Assembly (NCBI GenBank): GCA_040954595.2
Contig: CM082585.2
Coordinates: forward strand, 5,481,808-5,545,807
DNA length: 64,000 nt
Source: Balanoglossus misakiensis
Lineage: Eukaryota; Animalia; Hemichordata
Reading direction: 5' to 3'
The notes under the pieces were generated by a model that saw nothing but the letters and a program-made list of their open reading frames with translations, searched no databases and had not been told where the DNA came from. A program made the translations under genes and the position numbers. Below are positions 50,701 through 64,000 of the stretch, piece after piece; position 1 is the first letter of the stretch, and each line of letters opens with the position of its first letter.

Positions 50701-53097
50701 TAAAACCTCATTAGAAACTGAAATTTAAAATCACAAACAGACAAACAGCAATAACAGTGTGCTCTTTGAATACAGCTGTATTTTTATCTGACAGTAGTAT
50801 ACTTTTTCAAAACCTTAGATATTTCGAGTCACAAAGAAACGTCAATATTGAATGAATATCTCCAAAAATGCACGCACCAAGAAAAATAAAAAAATATCAA
50901 TGAACACAAACAATAACAGAAAAGAACACAACTCGTTTAATAGTGTCACAGGAATACTGAACCCCTGACCCTTTTTTTCCAAAATCTTTGATAAGATTCC
51001 ATTATGTCAATAAAAAAATATCTTTCTACTAAAAATGTTGTCTGTGGAGGGTTTCTGCACCCACCTGCCAATCTCTGAGTTTGCAGTGTTTCAATATCAT
51101 GATGCACATGTCAATATCCGACATCTGCCGACTCCAAGGAACCAAACTGAGTTTCAGCACAGCATACCTACGACAAAAGTTCAATAAACGGCGTTATTAT
51201 CACAACAAATCAGCCATGAACAACTTCTTTTATACAGTCAAACCCCTGTTAGTGGTCACCTCTATATAGTGGCCACTTTGTTACAGTCACTGTGCAATTC
51301 ACATGTGTGTTAATTAACCTCTATATAAAGGCCACCTGTCTATAAAGGTCAGTTTAGGAAAGTTCCTTGACTGGCCATATAGACAGGTTCGACTGTATTG
51401 ATCAACTTTGTCCAACTTCAGAAATTAATTAAAGGGGAAATCCGCTGTAGCTGATTTCTACATAATTTGGTAGCTTTGATGTCTCTCTTTCAGAAAAAAA
51501 CATATTCGCCATGTATAGGTCGCGCGATTTTTTACAAAATCTAGGGAAAGTTGGCAGAATTTCCAATATGGCGTTTACTGTAATTTGAATCATGGGAAAA
51601 AAAGCGCCAGGAGCAACTTCCGCCCACCATGCTGTGGGTGATACCATTCTCCGATTGGTGTCACTGGGCGACAGACTAGGCGTATTTTCATAGCTATTGT
51701 TTGTTCTTTGCATCAGTTGATAAACAATCATCAGCAAAGTCGAAAATTTGTCATCTATTGACAGTTTTCATGAGCTATAACCCATGAAAAACATGCAAAT
51801 ACGCTTAGCTTGTGACACAGTGACACCAATCGGAAAATGGTATCACCCACACCAAGGTGGGCGGAAGTTGGTCCTGGCGCTTTTTTCCCATGATTCAAAT
51901 TACAGTAAACGCCATATTGGAAATTCTGCCAACTTTCCCTAGATTTTGTAAAAAATCGCGCGACCTATACATGGCGAATATGTTTTTTTCTGAAAGAGAG
52001 ACATCAAAGCTACCAAATTATGTAGAAATCAGCTACAGCGGATTTCCCCTTTAAACACACTGAAATAAAAAAATACTAGGAGTCCAATTGGAATGACCAT
52101 CATGACATTTTTCCAGCAAAACTATGTATAAAGTTCAAACTTCTTCAACAAAGTTTCTAATGAATCAGGCAGTGTCCAACAGCTATTGTGAATATCATTG
52201 CAGCAGAACTGAGCATAGACTGTGGCAACTCAGTTTACCAACCAAGGCTTCAGACAGTTTAAGTTCTATCAACAAATTTTCATTTGAAAACCAAATGAAA
52301 GTCTAAAACGTATTCTTGCGTAAATCAAAAGAATTTCAATTTCAGACACACGCAAAATTAAACACTTTGCTCTTTTTGATTCAACATGCAATGACTGCCA
52401 TCTATAACTCACAGGTGGAATTTCTTTTGTTTTTCTCTCTGATTATTGATTAGAATCATTGGTACTTATCTGTACAAGAAACATCCATGGATTATTACGA
52501 GATCTGTTTAGCAACAACATTTCATTGAAACCTTCACAAACATTAAGTTTTAAAATAACACAAACCTCAACAGAAATTCCTCAAAAGATATTCTCATTGG
52601 ATATCCTTGTCTTCTAATCTTTGTCGTCTCCAGCACACCTGTGTACCTTAACTGAGCAATCACGTATTCCGGGGTGAATGAATTCGGCATTTTGCCGATA
52701 CAAGGTTTGATGCATCGGATGAACTGTGGCATTGAGGTGGTCATCTTATCCATTAGTTCTGCCAAGGAGTTCTGTGACATTGTAAAATACAAAGTTTAGT
52801 AATCTTTAACTTTTTTCTTCACTGTATATCTGCTTTTCTGTATTCTTTCTGCAGTCACGCACTGTACTTGTCTGTCACTATCTCTCACTGTCTTTGTCTC
52901 TCACTGTCTTTGTCTCTCACTGTCTTTGTCTCTCTCACTGTCTCTCTCTCTCTCTCTCACTGTCTCTCTCTCTCTCACTATCTCTCTCTCTCTCTCACTA
53001 TCTCTCTCTCACTCTCTCTCTCTCACTATCTCTCTCTCATTATCTCTCTCTCTCACTCTCTCTCTCTCCCCTTTCTCTCTCTCTCTCTCTCCCCCTT

Positions 53098-53130
<33 letters not shown>

Positions 53131-53158
53131 CTCTATCTCTCTCACTCTCTCCCTCACT

Positions 53159-53189
<31 letters not shown>

Positions 53190-56100
53190 TCTCTCTCTCT
53201 CTCTTCCATGTTGCTGTCAAGGTAACCGTCTCCATTTTGATTAATTGCCTCTCTCTCTGTCTATCTGTCACTGTGTGTCTCTATCTATCTCACACCCACC
53301 TTAAAATGAAAAGCAACAGTAGAGGGACCCTTCCTTTCTGTTCCTACGACAGGTCTGTCTCGTTTTGTCACATTCTGTTCAGGTAAAAAAAAACATAAAT
53401 TGATAAAAGCATTGAAAACATGAAATCTGTTTTCACCAGGTCTGACACATGATATAGGAACATTATAACAAACAAATTGGCATTTTATCAATAGCAGTAA
53501 TTTGATGAAAATATTACTCCACGACAGCTCAATGTACCAATCAAATTGGTTCAATTTTGAAATTAAAAGCGGGATTATTCCAAGTTTAGTGACAGTTTTT
53601 GGGGTGGACAGCTTCCTCACCCTCCCAGCCTCGTTCTGAGACATCCTCTTCTTCCTGAAGAAGTCAAACGGCGACAACTGAGCGTCCTTTTCGCTCGACG
53701 ATCTTCGCGACTGTCGCTGTCGCGCACTGGGTGCCAGAGAACCAGTTCTCGTCAGCCGTGATTGAAACATTTCCCGAATCAATAGACTGCTACTAGCTGT
53801 GATGATGAAGATGATGGAAGAAAATGCACATAATCATTAAATTTCTTTCGTGAGCATTGTATGGATTTTTCACAGCTTGAGAGATGTATCATCATAAAAA
53901 TTTCATTTTGCCAGTGGGCATTCAACATTTTCCAACGATCAACAACCGAGAATGAAAAAAAACCTGATAAATATTTAATGAAGACCTATACTTAATACTA
54001 TCCCTGTGTGCCTGTGAGTGATGAACATAATTTTTTTTTTTGCAAACCTTTTTCAAAAATGTCCATTTTTAAACTAATACATTTGTACTCAAGTTTAAAT
54101 CCATGTATATTGACATATTCCATCAAAAGTCTCATTTCCCTACATCTGTCAATATTTCTGTTTCACAGAATTTCTACAATCATGATTATAATCATCCAGA
54201 ACATCTTAATTCTTCTATCCTAAATTTTTTTTCTGATCACCTTCGAACAAACATTTCTAATTTCACACACAAAGTGGTGATGTCACTGATCTATGTGCAC
54301 TGAAAATTCACACACAACAGGGTGGTTGGATTCTCCAAAGTTGAAAGTCAAAAAAGTGACCAAAAAGAGTACAAATACTCGACAATACTACATCCAACAG
54401 AAAACCATGTGAATAGAGACAGATGCTTTGAACTTACTTTTCATTGTAAACTGAATCGAGTTTGGCAGAGTATCTCTGTTCTTGTTCAGCACTCCATCTA
54501 AGTTGTACGTCACCTGGGAAGATAAATAAAAATCACACAATCATTTATTAAAGGGACAATACAATAACTTTTGCATTTATTAAAGGAACACTACCATAAC
54601 TTTTGATTATTTTTCAGGGTTTTTGATTCACACTTTGATTGAGTCTCATGAGATTATGTGCACTGAATTTTCTTTATTCAGCTTTTAGCAACCATTTGTT
54701 CTTCTTGAGAGCTGTTTTTATGACAGGATTATGAGTAAACTCACAATGAAGATGCCACAGGCTCTCCCAATCACTGAGACACAGGCTGGCTACTTGGACA
54801 TTTTGAAATGCACTATGGAGTTAAACAAGAAACCCTAGGTGATCCTGAGAAAAAAACCTCTGAACAGTCTCACCATTATCCATTTAAGGTAGTAAATGCC
54901 TTGGGACAGAATTTCAGAAAAATGAGTCCTCCAAACCCTTTAATTCTTTCACATATTAAAGTGTGTGAGGCGTCTTTTTGAAAACATGGTGTTCACCATC
55001 TTGTTTTCATAAAATTAACTACTTCAGCAAAAAGTTTAAGACATTGATTTTCAAGGCGGCACTACCTTAAGAAGTAATGCATGATCTCCATTCAGATTTA
55101 CCTTTGTTCATCTGTTCCAAGCTAATTCCCAAAACACCCATGCTGACAATCTTTCAGTAAACAGATAATCACGCATCACACCCCACGGTAAAACCATTGT
55201 CTGCTACGATTAATTTCCGTCTTATCACTAAACCAATTATTTTTTCTTCAAAGAAAAAACTCCCTTCCCGTGATTTAATATTTATTAAATATCACAACTT
55301 ATCCATCACAGATATAACATCAAAAATTCTTCACGTACATAATTTATTAAATATTACAATTAAATAACTTATGATTCGCTCTGTTGACTTCTATGGCCTG
55401 GGAGAATTTCCGAGTCAGCCTTATTGTAAATTGATTTAACTACTGTCTTGAGTTCAATAGTTGTCTCCAATTTTTCTTACAAGACAATTGCTCATTATAT
55501 CCACAAAATTAAATCTATGTTCAGACTTATGATTTCGATAGAAAGGGGAAATTTTTTATAAAAATGCCAGGAAGAATGAACACACTTATTTTCACTTTGC
55601 AAAATAACGTATTTATTTTTCCTTTTACAAAATTGTGTGATTTCTTTATACACTCCCTGTCAGAGGTTTAGACTGTGATTTTACAACTCACACCTTACTT
55701 TATGCATCTTTAGGGAAATTGCTGGGAATGTTGTTATATGTTTATTCAATCAGTTATCAGTTTAGCAAAATTATATATCTCCAGGGATGGTTCAGTACAG
55801 TGGGCTATTCACTCCTCCACCTTGTTTATCAGAGTCAGCTCATAGAGTTCTTTTACTTCACAAACCACAGAGATATGTTCCAGTAAACTGATACATGGAT
55901 CTGAATACATGGGTGTACAACAGCATTCATTAAAGGAACACAGTCGTTAATTTTTGACATTATTTTGGATTATTTAGTTTTTCTCCATGTTGCTGTGCTC
56001 ATTGAAACATGTTCAAAGACTGATTTTTACATCTCAACTCACACGCTGCGTATGGGCATAACCTGAAAATACTTTAACTACGGGTATATAATTTTGGGTA

Positions 56101-59100
56101 CTGACCAAAAATTCAATAATATGTTCATGTTTTGGATGTGAATTCAACTGAGACAGGTGCCCTTTTAAGCAATTTACCATTAAATAAAAATAATTTGAAC
56201 TTTGACGTTCCCAGTAATCAGGTGCAATTTGCAGTAAAACTGTAAAAACAACAACAAGCAATTACCACCTGTTGATTTTATTTTTGAAAGAGCGACAGAA
56301 ATCGCAAAATATTATAATTCTGTAGTCACAGCTTATGTGACATGGCCTTCGGTTGAAATAGAGCAGTTGAATAGTACATTACCATGGCAACATAATTGCC
56401 ATATAAGGCAGACGATGAAGTACTGTAAAACATGTCTGTTTAGCCAGTGTGTTATTTTAGCTTATTCAGCTAGATGTGTCACTTGTGTAAATTCGCTAAT
56501 CTAAGATACTGCTTATTCAAACTTTTCTCTGTATTTTCATTTTAAATTGGGCGTTTTTTTAGATTAATTAAAAACGTAACGAATGTACTGAAAATCCAAG
56601 TTTGCTTATTACAAAGAGCATGCAGCTAATTTGACGTGTTTTACGGTGTCTTTAAGTTTACTGGAGATCGAATGAAAAATGGAAAATGAAAGAAGAGACA
56701 TGGCCACAGGTGTTGACACCTACCTTGCCAGCGTAGTGCATGATGGCAAACGAGACCCCGCCATCTTTCGGTGCGAAGTAGACAGCGTTCCCCGTTCTGC
56801 CCGGTCCGCAGTGCAGCTTGGTGGCCAGGGATTTGTCTGTCGCCTGGGGGAAGTGGCTCTCTTCATCCAGGATTGCTAGGATACCGCTGTGTCTCTATGG
56901 CAACAGAGAAGAAGGTTGTTGGCGTTTTCTGTTAAGCCGTTACATAAGACGCTATTGTCGAAAGCCCAATGACTTTTCGCAAACCCGTTGATTGGAAAGG
57001 GAAGGGGCGTGTTCGCTTAAGCCGGGGATTGACATAATAACGACGTGTAAAGCCAGGATTCAAATTACAAAGCTTTTCTGACGGCAAATCACTTCCTGAC
57101 CACTTTTCGTGGAATCGCAGAAATCTAGCTGTACATGATTTTAATATCTAATCTTGGTTGCCATATTCATTCTATTATATCATCCCATTAAACAGCCAAA
57201 GATCTGTCAAAACATGTGGGTGGTAATACAAAGTGGTGTACCTAATTTTAATGCAAACCGATTCATCACAAAAGTAAAAGGATGTGATATGGGAAATTTG
57301 TACTGACACTTCACATAAAATACTGTGCAATCCCCCCCCCCCCACCCTGTCCCATATTTTCTGATGTTCAAGTACAGAAGGTGGGTGTACCCTGAAGATC
57401 TGTACATTCAAATGTATCAATGTGTACAATTCGATCAAATAGTCCACGCGGGGTTTACAATCGCGCAGGGTACTATAATGGAAGAATTATACAGTAATTT
57501 TCACCAGCATATCATTGGATATACATGTACATGATTTTTGTTGTTGAAAATGTGAGTTTGGGGAATTTAATTTGCATGTCAAATCGATATCTTTACATTT
57601 TCTGACATCATGGAAAACTGTGCGGCCATGTTGGATTTACAGGGCACACTGACTGGCAGATAAGCCATCCAACAATTTTTTTGAAAACTAAATTGGACAC
57701 AAGTAACTCGGCCAACCTGCAGGAAAAGGTCCACGATGTGCTTGTTGCTGGTGTAGTGAATTTTCTCCAGTTTGATTCCTTCCTTCGAACATTCTTCCTG
57801 TTCCCACTGGAAAATGTGCTGGTTGAAGTAGTACTGTAACTGCTCATTGGCAAGGTTTATACAAATCTGCAAATTTGGAAGAAAAAAAATCCATAAAACT
57901 AGGCATCATAATATTGCATGATCTTTTTCATGAATTACATCAAATTCATGCCTTCATTTTTCTTGATTTGATTTCCATTCTTATCATTTAACTTGTATAC
58001 ATAAATTTGCTAACAGACATTTCCAAGACTGGCAGATATTTGGCATAGTACATTGGGAATTATACAAAACTGCCGAAGTCAAGTTTGTCAATTTGAAAGA
58101 ATCTTCATAAAAAGACCCATATCATAAAACATTTTGCTTTCTATTGTAATTTTTTAAATATTTTTTTTTAGATTTATCTATAATGTCTGTTCAAAACTAT
58201 ATTATACCTCAACAAGACGAGAATACTATCATCAAATTTTTACCGTTTTTCTCCTGACCATGAATTTTTTATGTTCTTTACATTATCTTTTTTTTCATTT
58301 CGAAAAAAACAAGCCCTACAGACAAAATTTACCTGTTCAAAACTGTTTTTGGAAAAATTCTCGAAACCAAAGATGTCAAGAACACCAATGGCTTGTGAAG
58401 GACCACAGTCTTCAAGTGGTTGTAACATCTGGTTGATATTATTCACGATCCATCCGAAAAGACGACCATACAATGCCTTGGCCAAAGCGTCACGGCAATC
58501 GTTAGCTTGGGTGACATTACGATCTCTACGAATAGTTTCTCCTTAAAAAAAAGATAAAGCAACAGGTTAAAGGTATACAATCACCTGAAATTTACATACG
58601 CCCATATATGGCTGAAAGGGCGTATTCAAGCGTTCTAAAGAACATATGGTTGCGCTCTTTTTTTTGCGTGTGCCACCCACTGAAAATCTATGATTGGCTA
58701 GATCTCAATTTGCCATGGTAACTATGGCTAATTTTCCATAGGTGACCGTATACCTTTAAACAACCATAATACTACATTTTCATGCTTGAAGAAAATGAAC
58801 TGGAATGAAATTAAATTTGATAACTTTAAAAGTCGAACAAAACCATGGAAAAATTTTATTCATAAGTTTAGTAAGTTTTTCTTTAGATGAAATTCATCTC
58901 AACGTTCACATGAAAGACATTTTCAAGGACCAAGAGAACCTTCATATAGTGCATGAACAAACTGTTTGGTGAAAATATACTTGACCTATCTACTTGTACC
59001 ATCTAGCTAATTTTCATGTAATTGAATGACCTTTGATTATTCTTTGACATCTGGTAAAAGTAGTCATAACGGGAACGTTTCCAAAGTTACTAAAATGTCA

Positions 59101-62100
59101 CTGTGCATGTTTCTGTAAGCCCTGTGACGTCAATATTCAGTTGAAAAGGACTGTAACGAAATCAGATGCGAAGACTAGATGCAATTTTATACTGAAGGAG
59201 GGCATTAATAACATAACTGCAGGTTTCTTTCAAGTCCAATAATACTGGATTTCACATAAAATGAAAAAAATAATAATGTGACTATACTTATACCTCTTGT
59301 GACATTGAATTCTGAAACCAAGGCTGAGCCAAGTTCTTCTGCAGGCACTTGCAACATGTCAGCAACTTTCTCAAGAATATCAGCATTTACCAGCTTGGCA
59401 GCTTCCGATGGTCCGCTCGGCTCAAACTTGACATCGCCGAGATGGAGGATGGTAGAAAGTGCTCTCATTAGGTTGTCTTCATCCTGTGGTGAAATAAATC
59501 AAATGAACACAAACAGCTCTCAAAACACTCAAGGTTGAAGGTGATGGTTAGTGAAAGTCTGTGGTTGAAGGTGATGATTAGTGAAAGTCTGTGGTTGAAG
59601 GTGATGATTAGTGAAAGCCTGTGGTTGAAGGTGATGGTTAGTGAAAGTCTGTGATTGAAGGTGATGAATACTGAAAGCTGGTGGTTGAAGATGATGATTT
59701 AGTGAAAGTTTGTGGTTGAAGGTGATGATTTATTGAAAGTTTGTGGTTGAAGGTGATGATTAGTGAAAGCCTGTGGTTGAAGGTGATGGTTAGTGAAAGT
59801 CTGTGATTGAAGGTGATGAATAGTGAAAGCCTGTGGTTGAAGATGATGATTTAGTGAAAGTTTGTGGTTGAAGGTGATGATTTATTGAAAGTTTGTGGTT
59901 GAAGGTGATGATTTATTGAAAGTTTGTGGTTGAAGGTGATGATTAGTGAAAGCCTGTGGTTGAAGGTGATGACTAGTGAAAGTCTGTAGTTGAATGGCTA
60001 GTATGATATGCTCATGAATAGTTTATACTTACATCTCTGGTGAAGCCGACAGCTCTCAAACACTCTCGGATTTCACTGAACTGTTCTCGGTAGTCATGCG
60101 TCATCAACGATTTGAAATTGACACCACTGCTGGTTAAATATCTGGAAAATTACAACGGGATCAGTCAGAAACTCAATGCTACATGCTAAAGATGCTTTCC
60201 ACAATGGCTTCTCTGAGTACGGTAATAATTATCAATTGGATACTGCGCGGCCGTGAGGCTTAGGCTGCTCTTACGCCTATTATTTCTTCAAGGGACTGGG
60301 AATCGCCAGAAATGCTTGCTATTTCCGAAATAAATAGATACAATAGCTGCGTACATTATGATATTACTTTGTTTATGACTGTTACCATAGAAATTAAGAA
60401 GGCTACAGGAGAAATATTTCACTATGACTGTTACCATATAAATTAAGAAGGCTACAGGAGAAATATTTCACCATGTCCATTGCTGTTGTACCAATACTAA
60501 AGTATTAGTGAAAAAACTACCGTCAAAAAGTGTCATATGATATTGAAGGCCTAGCTCAGCTTTTAAGTGAACTCTCACATTTTGTGTTTGATTTCACCTT
60601 GATTGAAATCAAGTATGAATAATTTCCAGGTTGGTGATTGATAAAAATTAAACTGAAGAACGTGGCTATGAGCAGGAAATGGTTTTCCACTGGGAGGTGT
60701 TCAAAAGGTCAACACACGGACAACCTACTTTCCGTGTGTCTAATTTTAATACTAAATTTTCCATTCTGTCATACAAACAACAATGATTTGATATACATGT
60801 TTGTTGACAACATAGAGAGTTTTTCTTACACAACTAGGGAGGCTGCCTGGAGAGGCATAATTCATCACCAAACTAAAGGATCTCCTTGTTTTGAGACCGA
60901 AATCCCTTTCAATTAATTTAACAAGAGTTTTTCAAAATGCACCCTCCAGTCCAAAGCAGAACCGACCAACCAAAATGACGCACATTATCCGATCAAAGTA
61001 AACTACAGGAGGATGTTTTTTTGAAATATTGCTGACTTCACTAATCCGCTCCTGAGGGTACCATCTTTATTAATTCCATCAAGGAGAGGGCCCTATCATT
61101 ATATACTGAGGAAGAATTGATAGTCCAAATCTCAAACAAGACTCTGTTTGCTTCTTTGTCGTCAGCAGCAAAAAACACGCTGTAATTTAACATGTGGTGG
61201 TCTGTAGGTTGTAATTATTTTTAACACGTGGAGGTACCGGAACATTTTCACTTATTTTCCACTGTAATGATAAAATATTCAAGTTGACACTTTTGTTGTT
61301 GACTGCCAAGGTTGTTCCCCCCCAGGGGTGGTTAATCGCTTAATCTTTGCCTATCAGTGGAAAATGGGAAATAAGTAAACAAGTTGGGTATCACATTTTC
61401 ACGACTCTCGTTTAATCTTACGTTCGTCCTGCGACTTTTGGACAATGCACCATTTTCTTCTTCTACGAAACAGGAATTCAGAAAGCAAAAAAATGTACAT
61501 TTGTGCAGACCAGCACCTCACTCATTCATATCCAATGAAAATACCCGATTGTAAGGTCATCCAGGGGTCACGACAGTGAACAAACTTACGTCTCGCATTC
61601 CCAAAATGCAACATGCAACTGTTCCCTACCTGTGTTTGTCCGGCGACTCCAACCCGAATTTTCGATATTCATCCGGAGAGAGTCCGGCAAACATCAAGTA
61701 AAATATGTGGAAATTCCGTTCTCCTTTTCCTTGATAGACCACACGAGACTTTTCCAGAAGATATTCGTGTATCCGTGCTGCGAAGGGAACCGGGAAAGGA
61801 GAAACATGTGGATTCAATGATATTAAACATGGAACTGTATTCATGATTCCTGTTTCTGGGAATTTTTATGGCTTTTTTCAGCCCATAATCTTTGATGTTG
61901 TAGTATGCAAATTTATACTATTAAATAAAAACGATGTCTCATTATAGAAATTCAAGACAAAATCGTTCTCTCATTGGTTTTACCATAAAATCCATTTGTA
62001 AGACCGCAAACAAATTAGCAGTCATCTTCCACCATATAAGCCATTTGTGAAACTATATTGAACACCTATTGCCTGGCCATGAGGGCCATAGCGGCCGTTT

Positions 62101-62773
62101 ATTACACCCGAGGGGCTGTGAGTTACCAGAATCATATGCTATTTCCCGAGGCCGCAGGCCGAGGGAAATAGCATATGATTCTGGTAACTCACAGTCACGA
62201 GGGGGTAAAAACGGCTGCTATGGCCCGAATATAGGCCAGGCTATAGGTGTTTTATAATAAGCCTCATGCTAACAGCTGGGAAAATCTTGCAATTTTCTCT
62301 TGAGGTTGGCAGACGACATCTTCCGCGGTGGCCATTGTGTCAGACGACGCGACGCTGATTGACGTGACCGAGTCTGCGCACTCACGCTGGTCACGTGACC
62401 GGTTTATATTTTTTCTGCTATTTCCCTAGCGGTTCATAGTCGATTCTATTTTCCTATCACATGGCGGATTCTGGCGAATCACGGCACAGTATTAGCATGA
62501 GGTATATTATAATACAAATTATTAGTCACTTTCTGACTTTGTACGAAACCAATTTTGTACAACTTGAGAATTTCAGTCACGCAAGCGACAACACCTTCCA
62601 ACAAGTGTTTGTCTATTCAATTCACGAGTGAGTCCTCGATACGCTAGATGACACTCACCTCCCTGTACTTTGCCGTCAAAGCTGAACAGAAGTTCCAGGT
62701 ATTTGCCAAAGCGACTCGAGTTATCATTCATGACTGTCTTGGCATTGCCGAAGGCTTCCAGAAGTGGATTCAC
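44709..62773 (-). CDS. MYO16: Unconventional myosin, class XVI-like (III/XVI clade motor, single IQ, long Pro-rich tail with WH2-like motifs); 5' end outside window
   Basis: Minus-strand exons: 62659-62773 ([24 protein letters not shown]), 61630-61777 ([18 protein letters not shown]), 60033-60141, 59294-59483, 58333-58541 (DIFGFENF, switch II), 57717-57866 (NLANEQLQ), 56724-56894, 54438-54513, 53621-53796, 53300-53374, 52566-52771 ([17 protein letters not shown]), 51065-51167, 50417-50513 (KVFLKYWH), 49739-49949 (IQ-like [11 protein letters not shown]), 47230-48719, 46824-46949, 46123-46463, possibly 45678-45698, 44709-44939 (stop). The class XVI call rests on recalled similarity of KYWH..LN..C....[14 protein letters not shown] and [12 protein letters not shown] to vertebrate MYO16/NYAP. 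Myosin identity is certain, class is moderate. Confidence 0.85.
51235..51395. mobile_element. pogo-like MITE, same family as 8601, opposite orientation
   Basis: ta|cagtcaaacccctgt...acaggttcgactg|ta. Confidence 0.85.
51433..52050. mobile_element. MITE with ~230-bp terminal inverted repeats and TTAA TSD (Kolobok-like termini)
   Basis: ttaa|AGGGGAAATCCGCTGTAGCTG...CAGCTACAGCGGATTTCCCCT|ttaa. The ORFs 51429- and 51857+ share the same translation because of the TIRs. Confidence 0.92.
52866..53293. repeat. (CT)n-rich microsatellite
   Basis: Long imperfect CT tract; explains the SLSL ORFs. Confidence 0.97.
54888..55066. mobile_element. Degenerate TTAA-flanked MITE
   Basis: ttaa|ggtagtaaatgccttg...caaggcggcactacc|ttaa, imperfect TIRs. 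Confidence 0.6.
58571..58755. mobile_element. TTAA-flanked MITE, same family as 20952
   Basis: ttaa|aggtatacaatcacct...aggtgaccgtatacct|ttaa. Confidence 0.85.
59533..59994. repeat. 30-bp minisatellite, ~15 copies, in myosin intron
   Basis: Unit gtggttgaaggtgatgattagtgaaagtct. Confidence 0.95.
60374..60472. repeat. 49-bp tandem duplication
   Basis: tatgactgttaccata(g/t)aaattaagaaggctacaggagaaatatttcac twice. Confidence 0.9.
62061..62512. mobile_element. Composite inverted-repeat element: ~190-bp hairpin (62061-62251) plus adjacent TIR-bounded segment (62252-62512)
   Basis: ctgtgagttaccagaatcatatgctatttccc / gggaaatagcatatgattctggtaactcacag are perfect inverted arms around gaggccgcaggccga; ttataataagcctcatgctaa / ttagcatgaggtatattataa form a second IR. 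Confidence 0.75.
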
Positions 62774-63277
62774 CTGTGAAGGAAATCAAAATCAGTCAAA
62801 GAAGCTGTAACAGGGGGTGCTACGAAGGACATTCACACCCAATGTCAAAACAATTTGCAATATTTTTGGCACCATTAGAAAGATTAAGATGCATGCCCCT
62901 CAGAAGGGAAGTATATGTCACAAGGTTTCTGCACACTTTTATCGTGTTTGATGATGCCTGATGCATATGTCATTCAGCATTGGTTTTCATCGTTCATGGG
63001 AGCAATTTGCGCAGAAATTTTGTGATTAGATTTCACTGTCAATTTCTTTCAATTATTCGATGGTCGCGCTTATATTGATTCCCATCGTATTCTGGGCAAC
63101 AAAAAAGAGATACATGCATGTACACAGTTATCCCAAACAGAGGTGATGTACATACATGTATACCATAGAATAATGTCAGGGACACTGCATTACACTCTTG
63201 CTAGTGGTGCAGTCTTAATCTCTCTACAACTGTAAAATTTCAAGGGCTTGGGCAATAACCACAGATCACACTATTAA

Positions 63278-63610
63278 AGGGACAAAGTCTCTCTCGCTGC
63301 CCTTTTCCATTAATTATGTTTGATACAAGACACCGTTTAAGTTAATGTACAAGTGTTTACGTAGTGAATGAACGTTCAATCACACACAACTTCCATCCCG
63401 TTTGTAGGATATGACAGTTAAAATTTCGGCAAAATGAATAAATGGTAAACACCGATTATTCATTTTTCACTCTCGTGACTACAAGTTGGATGGAAGTTGT
63501 GTGTGGTTTAACGTTGATTCATTTTACATCCACATGTAGAATAACATAAAAAGTGTCTTGTATCAAACATAATTAATGGAAATGGGCAGCGAGAGAGAGA
63601 CTTAGTCCCT
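63278..63610. mobile_element. TTAA-flanked MITE (Kolobok-like), full copy
   Basis: ttaa|AGGGACAAAGTCTCTCTCGCTGCCC...GGGCAGCGAGAGAGAGACTTAGTCCCT|ttaa with long imperfect TIRs; partial copies lie in DGK introns. Confidence 0.88.
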
Positions 63611-64000
63611 TTAAAAGAATATCCAAGATCAGGGTATGTGTTTACTGGTCAATATTACAACACTGTGCAGTTTGGGTACATTTCTGGAACATTATGGAAG
63701 TTGAACATGCAGGGGGGGGGGGGGGGGGGGGAGGGGCATTCACAGGTAGGTGTATATATCAAATGTACATGTACATAGTCACCTATGCAGATTTAGCCAT
63801 AGTTTATCAGGATAGAGAAGAGCTATCCAATCAGATTTCCCCTTGGGTGGCCACATGAAAAAGTGCACCCCCACATGGTTTTCAGGGGGCTGACACACAC
63901 CCATTTAATAATTACAGCATATACAAATGAGAAGAGATTTTCTCCCGTCGTTAAAAGTTGGGAATATTCCGGGGTCATTATAGAACGCTCTGGGCACGGA

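Noticed and set aside
51429-52054. Two opposing ORFs with identical peptide
   Set aside because: Produced by the MITE terminal inverted repeats; no transposase features.
52413-52469. Possible myosin exon after 52566
   Set aside because: Gives an immediate in-frame stop; the 51065-51167 exon continues the motor correctly.
52868-53386. Ser/Leu-rich ORFs
   Set aside because: Translations of the (CT)n microsatellite.

Overview
AT-rich, intron-rich animal genomic DNA, probably a marine invertebrate bilaterian (inferred from gene structure and MITE load). From left to right: (1) the 3' part of a type II diacylglycerol kinase gene (DGK eta/delta-like: PH end, 2x C1, split catalytic domain, SAM) on + at 1666-17901; (2) a recent ~4.55 kb head-to-tail duplication holding two 3-exon C2H2 zinc-finger genes (15 and 12 fingers) with minisatellite-like 84-bp finger repeats and an unrecognised N-terminal region; (3) a repeat-rich block with a ~400 bp palindromic element, 183-bp and 88-bp satellites, MITEs and a possible spliced non-coding transcript; (4) a myosin XVI-like gene on - at 44709 to beyond 62773, with its 5' end outside the window. 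The most notable observation is the myosin tail. After a MYO16/NYAP-type motif it carries FH1-like polyproline, two WH2-like motifs and three P-x-W-K motifs that resemble the espin/forked actin-bundling module. All gene models were built by eye from splice signals and remembered family motifs; no database search was run.
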